From a virus, in the IMG/VR virus record IMGVR_UViG_3300049571_000380, positions 64,001-128,000 of that record: a DNA stretch of 64,000 bases; one strand, written 5' to 3'. Positions 61,836 through 64,000 of this stretch are shown in pieces. Made by a program: the position numbers and the translations under genes. The notes under the pieces are model-generated. The model had not been told where the DNA came from. It searched no databases and was given only the letters and a program-made list of their open reading frames with translations. The stretch's first letter is position 1; each line of letters starts with the position of its first letter.

Positions 61836-61880
61836 GGCCTAGGCCGATCCTACCCGATGGCCTACTTCTCAGGTAGGCCA
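61836..61880 (-). promoter_or_regulatory. Operator GGCCTAGGCC (61836-61845) next to -10 TAGGAT, plus split half-site inverted repeat
   Basis: Palindrome between -10 box and RBS; TGGCCTAC-N7-GTAGGCCA at 61858-61880. Confidence 0.7.
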
Positions 61881-61899
61881 CTTCATGAGGAGGTTTGTC

Positions 61900-62160
61900 C
61901 AGATTCGTGGCGATTCCTGCTCTGTACGAATCACTGCGAACTCCTGCGAATCGGGCATACCGGACCACTTTTTATGGATCTCCGACACGCTACAGCAGGG
62001 CAGAACTGGTCAATCTGGACAGTCCGAATCACCCTATTCGCCTGATTCGTCGACTACCGTTCGGTAACTTTTCTTCCGAGATTCGGGCGCCTTCCGGGCC
62101 TGTTCTTGTTACTTCTCGGTAGCTTCTCTTCGGGTTCGGGCCGAAGGAAAGTTACTGAAC
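61900..62160. repeat. Helically phased GATTCG/CGAATC repeats and long inverted repeat
   Basis: GATTC at 61902, 61912; CGAA at 61927, 61937, 61947; further copies at 62025, 62044, 62080; GTAACTTTTCTTCCG...CCGAAGGAAAGTTAC. Confidence 0.55.
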
Positions 62161-62210
62161 GGTAGGCGGATGACACGCGAAAGGCCCGCCGGTCTCCCAG
62201 CGGGCCTCGT

Positions 62211-62495
62211 TCAGCCGTACGCGATCCAGTCGGGGATTACTGTCGGCTGGATGACGGACTCCTCCACCATGAACCCGAAGTCGTCACGGCGGATCCTGCC
62301 GTCCTCGGTGCGCATGAACCGGTCGATGTGGACACCTTCCTCGTCCCGCCAGATCTCGGGCCACAACGGCACGTCCGTCGGGTCCACCCCGCACGAGGCG
62401 AGCATGGCGAGTACGTCAGCTCTCCGCTTCTCCAGGAGGGCGCGAGCCGCATCGGAGATCCAGGCCCGGTATCGCGTTCTCAGATCGTTCCTCAT
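62211..62495 (-). CDS. Hypothetical protein
   Basis: ATG after AAAGGGAG. Confidence 0.6.
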   Translation of the reverse strand: MRNDLRTRYRAWISDAARALLEKRRADVLAMLASCGVDPTDVPLWPEIWRDEEGVHIDRFMRTEDGRIRRDDFGFMVEESVIQPTVIPDWIAYG

Positions 62496-62515
62496 CCGCT
62501 CCCTTTCATGCCGAA

Positions 62516-62544
62516 GAGGGGCACGGCATCGAGCCGTGCCCCTC
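62516..62544 (-). terminator. Terminator hairpin
   Basis: GAGGGGCACGGC-ATCGA-GCCGTGCCCCTC. Confidence 0.7.
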
Positions 62545-62553
62545 CAGGGTTTC

Positions 62554-62967
62554 TCAGTTGAACTGCACTTCGGTTCCGTCGGGCCACATGAAGCGGGCCT
62601 TCTCCTTGCGTACGCCGTCCTTGTCGGCGACGACGCGCCAGATGTCACCGGCCCACTCGCCGTCGACCACCATCACGCCCTGAACCGTTCTGCCGATCTC
62701 GGCCATCTCGGCGACCAGCTTCTTCACGTCCTTCTCCAGGTCGCGGCAGTCGAAGGACTCGCGCCACGGGATGGCTGCGTTCGACGTGAAGATGGTGGAG
62801 ATGCCGGTGTCGGTCTCCTCTTCGGAACGTTCCACGCTCAGGACCACACTCGGGTCGTCGCGGGAGTCCGGCTTGTTGTCCAGGTAGAACCGGCTGTCCT
62901 TGATCTCCGACCACGGAAGCGGCGGATCGATCGTGAACACCCCGCTCACCGATCCGGTGTAGTTCAA
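62554..62967 (-). CDS. Conserved actinophage protein (DUF6205-like)
   Basis: TTG after GAGGGGAAGG; Y.G.V.G.F.IDPPL.WSE...GE..GDIWRV...WPDG. Confidence 0.65.
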   Translation of the reverse strand: MNYTGSVSGVFTIDPPLPWSEIKDSRFYLDNKPDSRDDPSVVLSVERSEEETDTGISTIFTSNAAIPWRESFDCRDLEKDVKKLVAEMAEIGRTVQGVMVVDGEWAGDIWRVVADKDGVRKEKARFMWPDGTEVQFN

Positions 62968-63055
62968 CGCCTTCCCCTCTCCCTCAGAAACAGGAACACG
63001 CGAGCGGCCACCCCGGAACCAGCCAGGGTGGCCACCCACTCGATCGCGTACGACA

Positions 63056-63718
63056 TCAGCCTTTGGTGCACAGCGGGAAGAGCTTGCTCTTCTTCCCGGC
63101 CGGGATCTTGGCCTTCAGGCAGTTGTCGTAGTCGACCTTCCGCACGTCCTGCTCGTACAGGTTGCCGTCGTCGGCCAGGACGAAGATCTCGTACTCCGTC
63201 TCGCAGCCCTTCGGCTTGAACTTGTACTTCAGCTTGGGGAGCTTCTTGCTCTTCAGCTTCTCCGGCTTCTCCGGCTTCTTCTTCAGCTTGACGCCCTTGT
63301 TCTTGACCGACGGCGTGGGCGAAGGGCTGGAGCTGCGCTGCGTCGTTCCGGAGCCGGTCGACGGCGCCTTGGAGGGGGGGGCCGAAGCAGCATTCGACGG
63401 CGCCTTGGACGTGGTGGTGCCGGAAGCCCGGTTCTGCTGCTGCCGGTTGTTCGTGGTGGTGGTGTTGTTGGAGCTGGAGCTGCTGCTGTCCGAGTTGGAC
63501 GAGCTGCCGGAGTTCTTGCTGCTGCTCTTGCTGCCGCCACCCTTGCCGGTCACGAACGCAACGGCGTCCATGGACAGCTCGTTGGGGCAGTCGTAGTCGA
63601 CCTGCTGTCCCTGCACGAGGCCGGAAACCTTGTAGTCGTAGGTCTCCGTACCACACGCGGAGACGGCCAGGATGATGCCAGCGGCCCCAGATGCGATCTT
63701 CACGGTCTTCTTGTTCAC
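63056..63718 (-). CDS. Lipoprotein with Ser/Thr/Asn-rich linker and Lys-rich segment
   Basis: Lipobox LAVSAC; SKSSSKNSGSSSNSDSSSSSSNNTTTT; KKKPEKPEKLK. Confidence 0.75.
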   Translation of the reverse strand: MNKKTVKIASGAAGIILAVSACGTETYDYKVSGLVQGQQVDYDCPNELSMDAVAFVTGKGGGSKSSSKNSGSSSNSDSSSSSSNNTTTTNNRQQQNRASGTTTSKAPSNAASAPPSKAPSTGSGTTQRSSSPSPTPSVKNKGVKLKKKPEKPEKLKSKKLPKLKYKFKPKGCETEYEIFVLADDGNLYEQDVRKVDYDNCLKAKIPAGKKSKLFPLCTKG

Positions 63719-63826
63719 GGTCAATCCCCTTTCCTGGAAACAGTATTGCAGGAAAGTGGGAAGTTGTCGAGTCGCTTCTTCGTAGATCCGTGCGAAGCTA
63801 TCCCTGTCACACGGAAGGAGGAACCC

Positions 63827-64000
63827 GTGTCTGCACCGATGAGCGCAGCCAGGTTTCTGGCCGCTCTGAAGGCCGAAGGTGTCGACGTCGTCGAGGTCGG
63901 CGACTGGGAGCACCACAACCGCAACAGCAAGGGTGCATGGGGTCCCGTGCACGGCGTGATGATCCACCACACCGTGACCAGCGGCACCCAGAACACCGTC
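63827..64000 (+). CDS. Endolysin, N-acetylmuramoyl-L-alanine amidase (5' part, runs off the window)
   Basis: GTG after AAGGAGG; LAALKAEGVDVVEVGDW..HNRN..G.WGPVHGVMIHHT. Confidence 0.85.
   Translation, partial: MSAPMSAARFLAALKAEGVDVVEVGDWEHHNRNSKGAWGPVHGVMIHHTVTSGTQNTV

Larger units (their letters stand above)
1..64000. mobile_element. Segment of an actinobacterial (Streptomyces-like) siphovirus, possibly a phage-plasmid; both ends lie outside the window
   Basis: Contiguous head, tail, replication and lysis genes with very high GC3; plasmid-type GntR/SpdB block; no host core genes, integrase or att site seen. Confidence 0.9.

Overview
The whole window is one high-GC actinobacterial (most likely Streptomyces) tailed-phage genome segment of siphovirus type; no host housekeeping genes, tRNA, rRNA or CRISPR array were seen. 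Plus-strand virion module (1-27.5 kb): scaffold/protease end, decoration protein, major capsid, Ig-like protein, head-tail connectors, tail tube, chaperones, 1739-aa tape measure and tail tip. It is interrupted by a 6.7-kb minus-strand accessory cassette (3.35-10.03 kb) and by two glycosyltransferases. A long minus-strand arm (27.5-63.7 kb) carries RuvC-like resolvase, family-A DNA polymerase, a GIY-YIG-type homing endonuclease, primase-helicase, RecT-like annealase, an intein-containing Cas4/RecB-like exonuclease, a third glycosyltransferase, UvrD-like helicase, small regulators and orphan antitoxin-like proteins. It then carries a Streptomyces plasmid-type block: transglycosylase, NlpC/P60, membrane proteins, SpdB-like protein and a GntR/HutC (KorA/TraR-like) repressor. 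An amidase endolysin starts at the right edge. Main observations: (1) a palindrome, GGCCTAGGCC, recurs at promoter positions across the arm, suggesting a GntR regulon; (2) phage plus plasmid-spread gene content suggests a phage-plasmid; (3) a probable virion O-glycosylation system, with five virion proteins ending in Ser; (4) a recA-type (RecA-NDp/PafBC) DNA-damage promoter before the exonuclease-RecT operon; (5) a Gly-initiated class 3 intein; (6) a +1 rather than -1 tail-chaperone frameshift. All family calls are from motif recognition by eye, without database searches. Many start codons were moved from the ORF track to RBS-supported starts.
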